Shown: positions 25,976 through 39,689, numbered from the stretch's first letter. The stretch: 64,000 nt of DNA from Octopus vulgaris (GCA_951406725.2 OX597824.1:8680001-8744000), one strand, 5' to 3'. The notes: generated by a model from the letters alone, not told the origin. Numbers and translations: made by a program.

Positions 25976-26250
25976 TATGGTTCTGCGTTCGGTTCCACTT
26001 CGTGATACCTTGGGCGTGTGTCTTCTCCTATAGCCTCGGGCCGACCAAAGCCTTGAGAGTGGATTTGGTAGACGGAAACATCGTATATATATATATGTTT
26101 ATGTGTGTGTGTTTATCCCCCTCCATCGCTTGACAGCCGATGCTGGTATGTTTGCGTCCCCGTAACTCAGCGGTTCGGCAGAAGAGATCGATAAAGGCGG
26201 TGCTTCGGCATGGCCGCAGTCAAATGACTGAAACAAATGAGAGTAAAATA
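25976..26250 (+). mobile_element. SINE family B with internal deletions
   Basis: Head, body and tail motifs present. Confidence 0.8.
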
Positions 26251-26360
26251 GGATATATATGTATATATATGTATATATATGTATATATATGTATATATAT
26301 GTATATATATCGATATATATAGGTGTATATTAGGTTTTGAGGTGATGTATAGGTATTATA

Positions 26361-26455
26361 TATTAGAAAAAATAATGTACTCCGAAATCTGGATTGTTGT
26401 ACATAGCTGTAAATGTACAACCAGCCAGATTTCGGAGTACCTTATTTTTCTAATA
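26361..26455. repeat. Near-perfect hairpin, ~43-bp arms, 8-nt loop
   Basis: TATTAGAAAAAATAATGTACTCCGAAATCTGG..GTTGTACAT / ATGTACAAC..CCAGATTTCGGAGTACCTTATTTTTCTAATA. Confidence 0.9.
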
Positions 26456-26962
26456 CTTATGTTACACATGTATGTATTAGAGAAAGAGAGAGAGAGAGAG
26501 AGATAGAGAGATAGAGAGAGAGAGAGAGTGGGAGAGAGAGAGATGGATGGATGGATAGATAGATAGATGCAGATAGATAGACTGATAGATATCTATAGAT
26601 AGAAATATTGGTAGATAAATAGATAGATACTAAAATCTAAATATATTGACAGGTATAACTTGGACATTGTTATCTCTCGTGGCTGTTTATTTTCGTAAGT
26701 AAGGATATAATTAGGGATTTGGTTCCTATTTCTAGCAGATCTTAAAACCAGGTTGCGTTTAGGCTCTCTCATTTGTCCACTTGCAGAATGTTTTCTAGGG
26801 TGGTTGGCAACAGAAAATTGTTATGGTCTTAGGAAAAAGAAATCGATGTTGTTACTTTTTTTTTTAAAAAAATAAGTTTTCTGCTATTCTAAATGAAATA
26901 AACGAAAGAAAGATAGATATAGACATATAGATAAACAGAGATAAGAGATAAGAGAGAGATAG

Positions 26963-27006
<44 letters not shown>

Positions 27007-27545
27007 ATTATAATAGATTATTGTAGTAGAGTAGTGATGTGTTACTAATGTTCGTCCATAGTTTTGTGTGTTGTGTGTGCAATCTGGTCTTGGTACGAAC
27101 AGAGTTATTTTTGAATAGTTAGGAGTTCAGTAAGCATTGACCAGATTCCATTACTAACCGCTTCGTTTGTAATTTCACTTTCATTACGACTCGATCGATT
27201 TATGTACTGATCGTACTTCAGGCGCCAAAAGTATATATACACATATACATATATACACACATATACATACATACACACACACACATATATACACATATAT
27301 ACATATACATATACATATATACACACATATACATGCATACATACACACACACACACATATATATATATATATGCATATACATACACATAAATATATGCAT
27401 ACACGTATACACACACATACGGATACGTTTATGTATCCATTATATATACTGTATTTACTGGTGTATATGTCGTACAATTATATACTTGATTTTAACTGAA
27501 AATGCGGGATATATCTATATCTATCTATCTATCTCTCTATATATG

Positions 27546-27606
<61 letters not shown>

Positions 27607-27667
27607 CATACGTACATCTTGTATTTATATGCAAATGCACGCATTCAAACACACACGTATATGTATA

Positions 27668-27782
<115 letters not shown>

Positions 27783-27933
27783 GGTATATACACACTTACA
27801 CACACAAACGCACATGTGTTTATTGTATATAATTGTATATAATAATGGTATACAACAGTCGCACCAGTGAATTGGATGACGTTTTACACCCCTTTGAAGG
27901 AATCGTCTTTTCCTTCGTTTGTTATATATGTAT

Positions 27934-28040
<107 letters not shown>

Positions 28041-28389
28041 CATACATATATATATGTACATCTGCTCTTCAGTTGTTGATATCGCTGCTGCTGCTGAATA
28101 GTATTAATTAAAAAAAAATAAAAACATGAATAAATGTGATAGTACTATTAATTATATGTAAATTATTTGAAATTAAATATTTGAATAATACGAAAGTTAT
28201 AACACGATAAAGCTCAGGTGTGAACAATTTTGGTAAAAGTAGCTCTCATAGTTCTGATATACTTGCATCAGACTGTATAGTTTTTGACAGATATATATAT
28301 ATATATATATATATGATTGATTGATTGATTCTAGTTTCAGCTTATGAGCTGTGGCCATGCTGGGGCACCGCCATTATATATATATATAC

Positions 28390-28438
<49 letters not shown>

Positions 28439-28445
<7 letters not shown>

Positions 28446-28502
28446 CCGCGTGGAAATAATATCAGCTTTACAATTATCCGCGTGGAAATAATTTCAGCTT
28501 TA
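28439..28502. repeat. 32-bp tandem duplication
   Basis: AATTATCCGCGTGGAAATAATWTCAGCTTTA occurs twice. Confidence 0.9.
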
Positions 28503-29250
28503 GAAGAACAAACACGCTGAGAAATATATTGACATCTCCTGCGAAACCTGCTCCACGCAGAAGCTGTAATCGCGTAAGAATGACTGACCGAACAATGTCA
28601 GAAGTTCGTAGTTTAATTCTTGGCATAATGACAAGTTTTCTCTCATGTTCGCCTTCTGTAACAATGTCGCGTTCACTTTTATGTTCATGTAATTGAGTAT
28701 TTCGAATTTTTCTTCCATCGGAAAACCCATTAATTAGCCGTATTTAAAGTTCTCATTAGTAATGCTATACATCCCTTTTTCGAGATCGATCGATCGATCG
28801 ATTCATCGACCACGTAGAAGCTCCCTCATTGGTTTGTGTGTGTCCATGTTCCTCCATTGTTCATCATGAGTTAATTCGATAAATGTTACTAATATTATTA
28901 GTAATTAGTAATAACGTTGTCACTTAATGGAAAAGCCACAATTAATACTTTTAAAGAAAGCTACAATTAATTAAGTAATTTTCGCTGTTACTTAAAAAAT
29001 ATAAAAAAGAAAAAAAACTAATAATAACCCAAAGAAAACATTCCTTGCGGCAGCAGCAACAACAACAACAAAAACAGTTATAATGATGAGAGTTACAACA
29101 GCAACAAGAAAAGCAGAAAATAAAGTTGCTTTGTGAAATAGAATTCAGTTCGCAAATGGAATACCCATGAAAAGGAGGGAAAACAGATGGATATCCGTCG
29201 GTTTCGCCGATACGAGTTGAGGGTTTAGATCAATTGAATTGCCAACTTCT

Positions 29251-29323
<73 letters not shown>

Positions 29324-29328
<5 letters not shown>

Positions 29329-29506
29329 AGAGTTTACGAAAAGAACAAAAGACGAAGACAGGTGGGGTAGAAAAACAGATGTATTAGTATAACGCTCAGA
29401 AATAGAAAAAATATTTTACGTTTCGAGCCTACGCTCTTCTACAGAAAGGGACACAGAAAAAACAAGGAGAAAAAATGTGTGTAGTGACTAACGATCTATC
29501 ATGGCG
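29324..29506 (-). mobile_element. Hammerhead-bearing ~190-bp repeat, second copy
   Basis: Aligns by eye with 14039-14232 from TAGGGAGAG to ATCATGGCGA. Confidence 0.65.
29414..29449 (-). ncRNA. Hammerhead-like motif (family 2, CTGTAGA variant)
   Basis: Same motif as at 14134, inside a near-identical ~190-bp repeat. Confidence 0.6.
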
Positions 29507-29522
29507 ATATATATATATGTAT

Positions 29523-29565
<43 letters not shown>

Positions 29566-30619
29566 GGAACAAAAACGCAATAGAACATTCGGAAAGATCG
29601 ACGATACAAAAGCGGACAGGAGAAACAACAACCAGAAGGACAGACAAAAAAAAAAGACGGGTCATTAGCGGCCTTCTTTCCTCAGTCAAGTACCAGACGT
29701 CATAACCGTTTCGGGCAGTTACACTTGAGACAATTCGATCTGGTTGCCCTCAAAAAAGTTTAAGATAAGAGCATTAGGCCTTTTGTAAGAAAGCTAGCAA
29801 ATATGTACGGCAATAAAGACAAGAAACGAAGAATATGGTACACAATTACAATTACAAACACAAGAAAATAACAACAGGTGTCTTTCGACTGAAAACGGGT
29901 CCAATTGAGCTGGCGTGTATGAAGTGAAAGCCTAAAGGCAGGAACATAGGGGATGGACATAGGTGTTGGCGGTGGGTAGTCAGGCCAAGAAACAAAGATC
30001 ATGGCTGGCCGGACACTGGTCACGTGGGAGGAGAAGAGAGGGGTAGTGGCAGCCGGATTGAAAGATTAGAAAAAAAATCAAAGGGAAAGGTACAGCGGAA
30101 ATAAACGAGGAGGAAATAGTGGGAGTTAAAGAAAAAGAGGGCCAAGAAATGTGTGAGAAAAAGAAAAGAGAAAGAAAGTATGAAGGGGACTAAAAGATAA
30201 AGTAAGAGTTGTACAAAATTTAGAAAAATCCCTACTGTAAAGTGAGCACAATTAATCATAAGGGCACATTAAAGTGTCAAACACGCTAGAAATAGGACTC
30301 AAAACTTTTATTTGCACCACTAAAATATTAACAGTGGAAACAACAGACTCAACACTATACTAGCAGATCGAAAAAAATCTCTCATATACCAATATAGCAT
30401 AAAGCCATATATTTAATGATACAGGTATAGATGTGGACCAAATAAGGGTTTTGACTCTTATTCCTAGCGGGTAGACACTTTAATGCGTCGTTATGGTTAA
30501 TATAATTTTAAATCTTTAACTATATAATGTTATTTTTTAGGCCTTCAACTACCTGTATTAATTTTTCTGGTATCATCAACTATTTATATTGCCTTCGATA
30601 ATAATAGCAATATTAGTAT

Positions 30620-30715
<96 letters not shown>

Positions 30716-30828
30716 GATAAATACACAGAGTGATAGGTAAACGTATATACATCTCTCTCTCCCTCTATATATGTGTATATATATATATGAATTATCAATC
30801 CATGTATATCTGTCTGGCTGTCTATCTA

Positions 30829-30925
<97 letters not shown>

Positions 30926-31468
30926 CTGTCATAACCTACGTGCAAATCCCATTTATATTTTGTTTTCTTTCGTAGGCATTAAGAAGATAAGTGGATTGAG
31001 TTTATTCCGATATCTTCCTAGAGATAAATGTCGAAGCTGATTTAAATTTCGTATTGTCAAACATTTTAGCGATTCCATTAAAATGTACGTTGGCCAAGGC
31101 AAAACCAGAAAGTCGGCAATGTAACGAAATAGACCAGCAAACTTAACGTGTGATTTTGAAATTCTATAGCGAAGAAATTCTGGAATTCGATAAAATGTAT
31201 TTGGTTCAGAAGGAAAATGAAGTTCACGAAGACTAGTATGTAATGTTTGCAAGTATCGGAAGACAAAGCGTACTTGAAGAACTAAATAAATGAAAGAGCG
31301 ATATTGTTAAATATTCAGTGAAGTATTTAGCATGGAATCGAGGCAATGAGACACACTAATTGTGGCGGAAGGAGGTAGCCACGTGAAACAAATGGTTATT
31401 GGGGTGATACAGAATAAGTAATTTAAGCGGTGCGGAGCTCATTGTAGTTGCAGAAGAGCGGCAATATG

Positions 31469-31546
<78 letters not shown>

Positions 31547-32589
31547 TATATACATAGATATATAAAGCAAATAAGTAACAAGGACGTCCAGGTATCAATG
31601 AATTACGGCTGTTTCAAGCGGCTCCATTTAATCGACCAATGCAGACAGTGCATCGATTTGAAATAAATCGCTTTCCTCGGATGCGTGCAACCATATAGAT
31701 TTGCAATATATAGGATACTCCATTATAAATTTTTAGCAAATTTTTTATCAGTACTGGAGACTAAAAGACATTGCTTCCTTTTGCTATTTTTGTAGCAGAA
31801 TGAATTTAGGGAAAGAATACCTAAAGCCTATAATAATTTAAAGTGGCAGAAGGAAATAAAGGAAGGGGGGGTCAATAATGGGGTGGGTCAGTAAAGAGTA
31901 GTGGTGATACAGCTACATTCATTTTTATCCTTATGACAGTCAACAGACGCTATGCAGCAAGCAGTCTACATCCCCTTAGAATCAAAACCATTATGAATAT
32001 AAAGACACACACACATATCAATCGTCATATGCACGGCGTATCGTAAGATTAAAAAAGATGACATGCATATCTATTGTTAATGCATTCAGGCAGATTCGAA
32101 CGAGAATATGCTAATCGCTGTTGTGTTCGATATATTTTGCCTCGTCTGCCAGAAGCACCTCCGGACCAGTGAGTCTAGCAAGCGCCGAAGGTTTTGTTTA
32201 TAATCTCAGCCGATTGACAGCTCGTCCTACTTCGTGTAACTCCTTCGAAGCCATTTCAATGAAAATGGTATCAAACGCGGGCTCATTTGCGAGTGCAAAG
32301 CTGCTTATAGCAGAAACGGCTGCAAGCTAATGAACAGCGATTTGCATAATCACGTTCGAATCTGCGGGAGTGTTTAAAGAATAAATATACAAGTCAGTAA
32401 TTTTGAAAGGAGGGTGTAGGTCAATATCCTTGATATCATCGACTACTTTATGTTATCGTCTCTGAAAGGATGAAGGGCACTCAGTTGTCCTCGCCAGGAT
32501 TCGAACTCTGAACGTAAAGAGTCGCAATACCAGGAGGCATTTTTTAGACAGTGAAACGAGTAAATAAATCTAAATAATAATGATTGTAA

Positions 32590-32831
32590 CAGTTGTAGTA
32601 GTCGTGGTTGCAGCAGCAGCAGCAGCAGTAGTAGTTGTAGTTGTAGTAGTAGTAAGTTGATGCTGTGGTGTAACTGATGGTGATAGGAGCACAAGTAACA
32701 GTAGGTTGTGGTAATGGTGGTGGTGGTGTTGGTGGTTGTGGCAGTTGTGGTAGTGGTGGTGATGGTGGTAGTAATAGTAGCACTAGCTGCAGCAACAGCA
32801 GTAGCAGTGGTGGTCATGGCGATAATGATGA

Positions 32832-32884
<53 letters not shown>

Positions 32885-32925
32885 TCATCAACAGCAGTAG
32901 TCACAGCAGTAGTAGTAGTAATAAT
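32590..32925. repeat. Mixed trinucleotide field (TAG/CAG/TGG)n
   Basis: Direct reading. Confidence 0.9.
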
Positions 32926-33131
32926 TCATAATGACGAAATAGTGGTTGAACACTCAGGTAAACACACCTCTTTTACTTTTTGCTGCCTGTTAAAAGCTTC
33001 GCAAATCAAATCAGACCGACTCAGCAAAGTATATTGGATTTCGCGAAGAAGTCACTCTCACTAGACTCGTACTTAAAAATGTCTCAGATTCAATAATAGT
33101 AATAATAATGATGATGATGATGATGATGATG

Positions 33132-33190
<59 letters not shown>

Positions 33191-33194
<4 letters not shown>

Positions 33195-33750
33195 GCCCTG
33201 ATGCAGTACCAGGCAGTGGCTCTCATGGCTTCTGATCTTAACTGATTGGAAGTGTTATCATGTACATTGTTTTGTCTTGGTATAAAAGATGGGCTACAGC
33301 AAATATTCTGCTCAATACCACAGATTTGCTTGTCAGTTGTTTGACCTTAACCAGTTGAGCATGTCCCTTAGTGGCTGACGATATGTGCATCTCTGATCAC
33401 GAGCAGAAGTAGTGGGGGAGCATCATGGCCATGTGTTGAGAGGGATTCTTTGGAGTTTGAATGGTTCACCTCTGGAAACATAGGTGTTTCGTTCAACATC
33501 CTAAAGCAACCCTTATTCAGGGACCGTTTGAGCAGGATGGGCTACTCAACCTGAAGAAAATTCTAACTGGGCCCCACCTGCAAGGTCATGTGCTGTTTAT
33601 CTTGATATGAGATCACCATGTCGCGCACATATGGTTGTGATGCATGTGCCTGGTGTACCTTTATCAGACGGGTAGTCATGATGGGTATATTGGGCTTCGT
33701 ATATTTTACCCCAGTGTCACTTTGATGGCATGAACTGCTCTCTCACTCAA
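33191..33750. mobile_element. ~560-bp non-coding insertion flanked on both sides by (TAA)n
   Basis: Complex, more GC-balanced sequence with sharp boundaries inside a TAA array. No ORF, TIR or tRNA head recognised. Confidence 0.55.
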
Positions 33751-34081
33751 TAATAATAATAATAATAATAAGACACACGAAGTCAACACTGGAAAGTTTA
33801 CAAATTATAAAATAGAAATGGAACAAAACTGTAAGTACATAAATTGATTAATTAAGCATACACTCGAATGTCTACACAATCATATATACATTTTGATACC
33901 CATAGAACTGACTACACATACATCTCAATGTTTACACAACTAGGTGAAAGTTACTGGTCACACATTCACTCATATGAAAACACAAAAACCAAAAACAATT
34001 TTTTTTTCCTTTTTCTTTTTCGAACTAACACAGACAGAGTGAACCAGTCATAAGTTTTAAAACACCACAAAAGCCTATGCT

Positions 34082-34554
34082 CGGAGATAAACCTATGAAC
34101 AAAAAAGTACAGACGAAAACAGATCTGTTAGTCTTAAGAAGCTAATGCAAGAGCAATGTTTACATGCAGAGAACTCGGTGACGGTGTTGTTTCAAACAAT
34201 TGACCCTAGACAGACAAATCCGTCCCCTAATGTCAACGTCGAAGCTCGTCATGCCTCAGTGATAACAAACTAAATTCCAAACCAGATTAGTCGTCGACCG
34301 GATTACAAAGGGCCACGTACTCGATATAGATCCGTTAGTCTTAAGAAAAAATACAGACGAATACAGATTTGTTAGTCTTAAGAAACTACGGTACAAGCAA
34401 TATTTACATACAGAGAACTCGGAGACGGTGTTGTTTCAAAAAAATAACCCTAAACAAACAGATCTGTCCCCTAAGGTCCACGCCTCAATGTTAATTTAAC
34501 AAAGCAAAATGCAAATTGAAATGGTCATCGACCGGATTACAAAAGACCACATAC
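34082..34554 (+). repeat. Diverged ~240-bp tandem duplication in the 5' region of the R4/Dong LINE
   Basis: TACAGACGAA.ACAGAT.TGTTAGTCTTAAGAA, CAGAGAACTCGG.GACGGTGTTGTTTCAAA and CGACCGGATTACAAA each occur twice. Confidence 0.85.
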
Positions 34555-35620
34555 CTGAATGTTGAACCAGATTAGAATCGAAAAATCAGCTACTGGTTCA
34601 AATCTTCCCGATACACAAGAGCTGGAAGTACCCCACAACCGGAATATTCTAACATATGGCCATCCATGCTCGTCATCAAAGAGCCAAAATAAAAAGAATG
34701 AAAAATGGTCTAGGGAAGATAAAGAAGTTCTTACGGCCTTCTACCATGCCATATATTTCCCCACAAATAAATCTAATGCTGTATGAATATACTTAAACTG
34801 GAGACAGAATCACCTTGTAGTAAGACCCTACACGAACAGTAACAAACTTGCCAACGTCAGAAGAAACATTATGAAAAAAAATTACTAACTGAAATAGAGA
34901 TTGACCAAATTAAACAAGCAGTAAGGGATAAAAAGAACGAAGCTGCAGCTAAAGAAGTTACTATAGAAGAAATAATTATAGACCAGCCCAGGGTTGATGA
35001 AAACGTTGTAATGATTGAAAGAGTTAATGTAACTAAAACGCAAAGTGAAATACTCTCTGAACGAACCATAAACAGATGAAAGTCAATTAGATGAAGTCAC
35101 ACACAGAAATTGACCCAATAGAAGTACATGATCTAAAAAATCAAAACATGATTGAATGGCTGAAAATTAAATGAACCAGTATGAATGAACGCGACACCCT
35201 CCCAAAAATTTGCAATTCTAACCAAAACCGGAAAATAATTGGTAAAATCCGCCTTGAACTTAAGTAAATCATTTCAGCTAATGATGTTGATATTACAGAT
35301 CTTAACCACCTGTACTATGCATCCGCGAAAATTCTATGTGGTGAAAATATTAGAAAACGACAGCATTCCTTCAAAAAGCCTTCTTGGCAAGAGCGTATTC
35401 AACACCAAATTAAGCTACTTAGGTCTGACATAGAATGTTTGAAAAATCTTAAGTTTAACAAGACTATCAAACCTACAAAAACATGAAAATTAAAGAAAAA
35501 ATATATGAAAACCATACTTGACATCGATTCCATCATAGAAACCATCAAGCAAAAGGTTTGTGCTAAGCTTCCTGCATAGCAAGGTATGAAAAGCACGTTA
35601 GATTCTTCAGGGAAAACAAC

Positions 35621-36505
35621 ATGTTCAAAAATAACCCCAAAAATGTTTACAGGAAGATAGGGAAAACACCAGTTACAGTAAAGTCTGTCCTACCAAACGA
35701 AGAAGTGCAGGAATTTTGGAATAAAATTTGGGCAGAAGAAAAAACACACAATGAAAAGGCCCTTTGGATTGATAGAATATCTACAGACTTAGACTCCTTA
35801 GAGGAGCAAAAGTGGGAGGGTATCAAGGTAAAATATATATGATCTGCTCTCAGGAGTTCAAGCAAATGGAAGTCTCCAGAAAAGGATAAAATTCCTAACT
35901 TCTGCTTGAATGCTTTCTCAGAGCGCCATGAACTGCTAACAGAACTTTACAACGATGTTTTGCAACACCCTAGTAGGATGCCTCCTTGGCTAGTTAATGG
36001 GTTAACATTCCTGCTTCCAAAATGTGAAGAAACAAATGAACCAAAAAATTATAGACCCATAACCTGCTTAACAACAATGTATAAAACGCTAACATCTGTC
36101 CTGACTGAATATACCTATAGTTATTTTAATAGAAAGTAGCATATTCCCTAATGAGCAAAAAGGCTGTAAACGTGGATCTTATGGTTGTGAAGATCAGCTA
36201 CTCATCAATAAGATTATCTTAGAAGATTGTCACAAACGACACAAAAACTTGTCAATAGCCTGGATAGACTATAAAAAAATTTGATAGCCTACCACATAGC
36301 TCGATTAAGAAATGTTTGGAAATGTATAAAATAGCTCCTACTCTGCGAAACTTTTTGTCTGTAAGTATGAGAATATGGAGAACCACACTGAATTTGAACA
36401 GTGACAATGAATCTCTAAATGCTGGAGATGTAAGAATTTCATGTGGCATTTTCCAGGGTGACTCACTATCACCACTCCTCTTTTTTTTAGCCTTAATACC
36501 TCTCT
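35621..36505 (+). pseudogene. Reverse transcriptase remnant of an RLE-type (R4/Dong-like) LINE
   Basis: Motifs in order across frames: [94 protein letters not shown]. It stops before the YxDD motif. Confidence 0.92.
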
Positions 36506-36519
36506 TAGTCCGTTTTCAT

Positions 36520-36675
36520 TTAGTCCTGCGTTCAAATGCGCCGAGGTCGACTTTGCCTTTCATCCTTCTGGGGTCGATACAATAAAGTACCAGTTATACA
36601 ATGGGGTAGATATAATCGACTAACCCCCTCCCCCGAAATTTGCTGACCTTGTACCCTCATTTGAAAGCATTACTA
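36520..36675 (+). mobile_element. SINE family C-related fragment terminating the LINE
   Basis: GCCGAGGTCGACTTTGCCTTTCATCCTTCTGGGGTCGAT core. Confidence 0.7.
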
Positions 36676-37210
36676 TTATTATTTATCGTGTTCTAGTTTT
36701 CATTACAATACATTACACTACACAACATTTGTTTCTATATAAAGATGCTTGTACTGTAAAATATTCTCAACTTCCGAGTAGTATTTATGTCAATGAGGGA
36801 GCAAGACATCGATAAGGGTTTAGTAATGTCCGTTCAATTTTTTGATAATTAAAAGTACATATTTCAGATGACTGTGGTCAGTTTGGTGTCATGAAATACG
36901 TTCGATAAAAGGTCTCTACCACTTTCAACCACATGTTGAAATAGCAGCCAATCAAATCATCGAAAGACGTAGGCAGCCAGAAGGTGTATGGTCTCATTGT
37001 ACTAAATATATTTACTGATGATATTAGTCTTTTACAAGCTTGTTTCCAAAATTATAAACTAATTGGATTTCTGATAAGGCCATATGGACCGAAACAATTA
37101 CTCAAAGTGCAAACAGTCAATAAATAAGCAACATACTTACTCTGCCGTTAACTGTTCCGAGCCAGTTGTTTTTTGAGATAGCAGAGTTATGCATATTTAT
37201 AAAGAACACA

Positions 37211-37303
<93 letters not shown>

Positions 37304-37531
37304 ATACATACACACACACACACATATATCTGTCTGTCTGTCTATCTACTCTATCGCTCTCTCTCTCTATCTATCTCTCTATATTTATATCTGTGTGTCT
37401 GTCTGTTTATCTATTTATCTATATATCTATGTTTCTATATATATCTATGTATCTGTCTATCTGTCTGTCTGTCTGTCTGTCTATCTGTCTATCTATCTAT
37501 TTGTTTGTCTGTCTATCTATCAATCTGTCTA

Positions 37532-37712
37532 TCTACCTACCTACCAACCTACCTACCTACCTACCTACCTACCTACCTACCTACCTACCTACCTACCTAC
37601 CTACCTACCTACCTACCTACCTACCTACCTACCTACCTACCTACCTACCTACCTACCTACCTACCTACCTACCTACCTACCTACCTACCTACCTACCTAC
37701 CTACCTACCTAT
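37532..37712. repeat. (CCTA)n microsatellite
   Basis: Direct reading, about 45 units. Confidence 0.95.
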
Positions 37713-38304
37713 CAACTTACCTATCTACATACAAATATATATTTGTACATATATCGATTTAAATGGGTCTGAACACTCTTTAGTTTTAAAGTCTGCAGAA
37801 GACAAAGAAACATTCTACATAGACGTTAATCTGGCAAAATTACCCATTCGATGAGCAAATATTGACAGACTAAGTATCATTCTAAATATGGCGGTCAATT
37901 TAATTTACCAAAACCCCTGAAGGCTTTTCTCTACACTGGTCACAGTCTGATAAGTTAACAGTACAAGTTCGTAGAGTATTAAAATAAAATCGTTTATGTA
38001 AAGAATTGTCTGCGTGAAAACGGTAAACGGCACCATTCCAACCACGCAGCGGTATTGTAACGTGGACAAGTAGTTCATTAGTTGACTGGGTCGAGAGAGA
38101 TTTCCACGATACTCAGCCGCAGGCCAGAACTTTGCAGTCTCTCTCTCTCACTCACTTTCTCACCTTCTCTTTCTATTTCATTCTTTGTAGAAAGTATTAT
38201 TTCTATACAAAATGAGAGGGCGACGTGGGACTGAAACCGGAACCATATGGTTGGGAAGCAAGCTTCTAACCACATGGCCACGCTTATATATATATATATA
38301 TATA

Positions 38305-38426
<122 letters not shown>

Positions 38427-38468
38427 AACATGCATATATTCAAAGTTGCTTAGTCAGGGTTAATATTT

Positions 38469-38507
<39 letters not shown>

Positions 38508-38534
38508 ATTATCTATAAGTCTGTCTGTCAACAA

Positions 38535-38583
<49 letters not shown>

Positions 38584-38988
38584 TATGTGTGAGTGTAAGT
38601 GTATACATACATATACATATACATGACTATACGGACATTCACAGGTGCACACACACGCGCGAGCACACACAAAGACGCACACATACATACACAAAATCCT
38701 ACACATACAGTACTTCACCTGATCATCCGTGTGTGCGGTGCAAGAGTGAAGATTTATGTACCAGTCTCAACGTGAGAAGACTTAATATATTTTATGTGGT
38801 GTGACTGACGTGGAACTGAACTGATAGAGAAATTTATGATCCAACTAATAACTGCTGCGTCTGTTACGAAAACTTGTGTGTGCCTAGTGTAAAACTTAGA
38901 AGAATCGAAGAATTTACCATTACGGCGTAAATACGCAGGTGAAGAGCGTCAATTTTGTTTTATTATCGACAGAAATATTACACAGCGT

Positions 38989-39256
38989 GGAGGCACAATG
39001 GCCCAGAGGTTAGGGCAGCGGACTTGCGGTCGTAGAATCGTGTTTTCGATTCTCAAACCGGGCGTTGTGAGTGTTTATTGAGCAAAAACACTTAAAGCTC
39101 CACGAGGCTCAGGCAGGGATTGGTGGCGAACCCCGCTCTACTCTTTCATCACAACTTTCTCTCACTCTTTCTTCCTGTTTCTCTTGTACCTGTATTTCAA
39201 AGAGCCAGCCTTGTCACACACTGTGTCACGCTGAATCTCCCCGAGAACTACGTTAA
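38989..39256 (+). mobile_element. SINE family A, 3'-truncated
   Basis: Collinear up to GAGAACTACGTTAA, then switches to a hammerhead-bearing repeat. Confidence 0.85.
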
Positions 39257-39360
39257 TCCCCCCGCTCCAAAACGAAGAAAGAACTCAAGAAAAAACAACG
39301 TGGCGAGGACGTGGTACGTGCAAAGTATTAATAAAACGTTCAGGGAAGGAAAGAAAGGTA

Positions 39361-39397
39361 GTTTTGACGTTTCGAGCAAAGCTCTTCTTCAGAAACA
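39361..39397 (-). ncRNA. Minimal type I hammerhead ribozyme motif (family 2, canonical core)
   Basis: Minus strand: TTT CTGAAGA A GAGC TTT GCTC GAAAC GTC AAA. Confidence 0.7.
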
Positions 39398-39472
39398 GGA
39401 AACAGGAAAAAGAAATCACCAACGATCCACATGTAGTTACATTTTGATATTAACATATATATATATATGTAT

Positions 39473-39503
<31 letters not shown>

Positions 39504-39533
39504 CGTGCGTGTCTATGCATATAAATGTATATA

Positions 39534-39574
<41 letters not shown>

Positions 39575-39622
39575 CATATATATGCATATATATATACATA
39601 TATCACATATATATACATATAC

Positions 39623-39667
<45 letters not shown>

Positions 39668-39689
39668 CATATGCATATACATGTATGTG

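Larger units (their letters stand above)
33771..36505 (+). mobile_element. Decayed R4/Dong-clade non-LTR retrotransposon (5' part through RT, 3'-truncated)
   Basis: Begins right after a (TAA)n tract. N-terminal motifs KWSREDKEVLTAFY and NKLANVRRNIMKK..LTEIEIDQIK are followed by RT motifs. Many stops and frameshifts; ends at a SINE fragment near 36.5 kb. The 5' boundary is approximate. Confidence 0.8.

Noticed and set aside
28500-28730. 76-aa minus-strand ORF
   Set aside because: No recognisable motif or convincing splice sites, and the length is compatible with chance.
37068-37105. Additional hammerhead (CTGATAA GGCC ATAT GGACC GAAAC)
   Set aside because: The essential G8 is missing, stems I and III are unsupported, and there is no second copy in the window.
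37130-37212. Small minus-strand exon ending at GA|GTAAGT
   Set aside because: The donor is good, but the only acceptor lies within a (GACA)n microsatellite and has no pyrimidine tract.
37532-37712. Interstitial telomeric repeat
   Set aside because: The unit is CCTA/TAGG, not TTAGGG or TTAGG, and it grades into neighbouring TCTA repeats.
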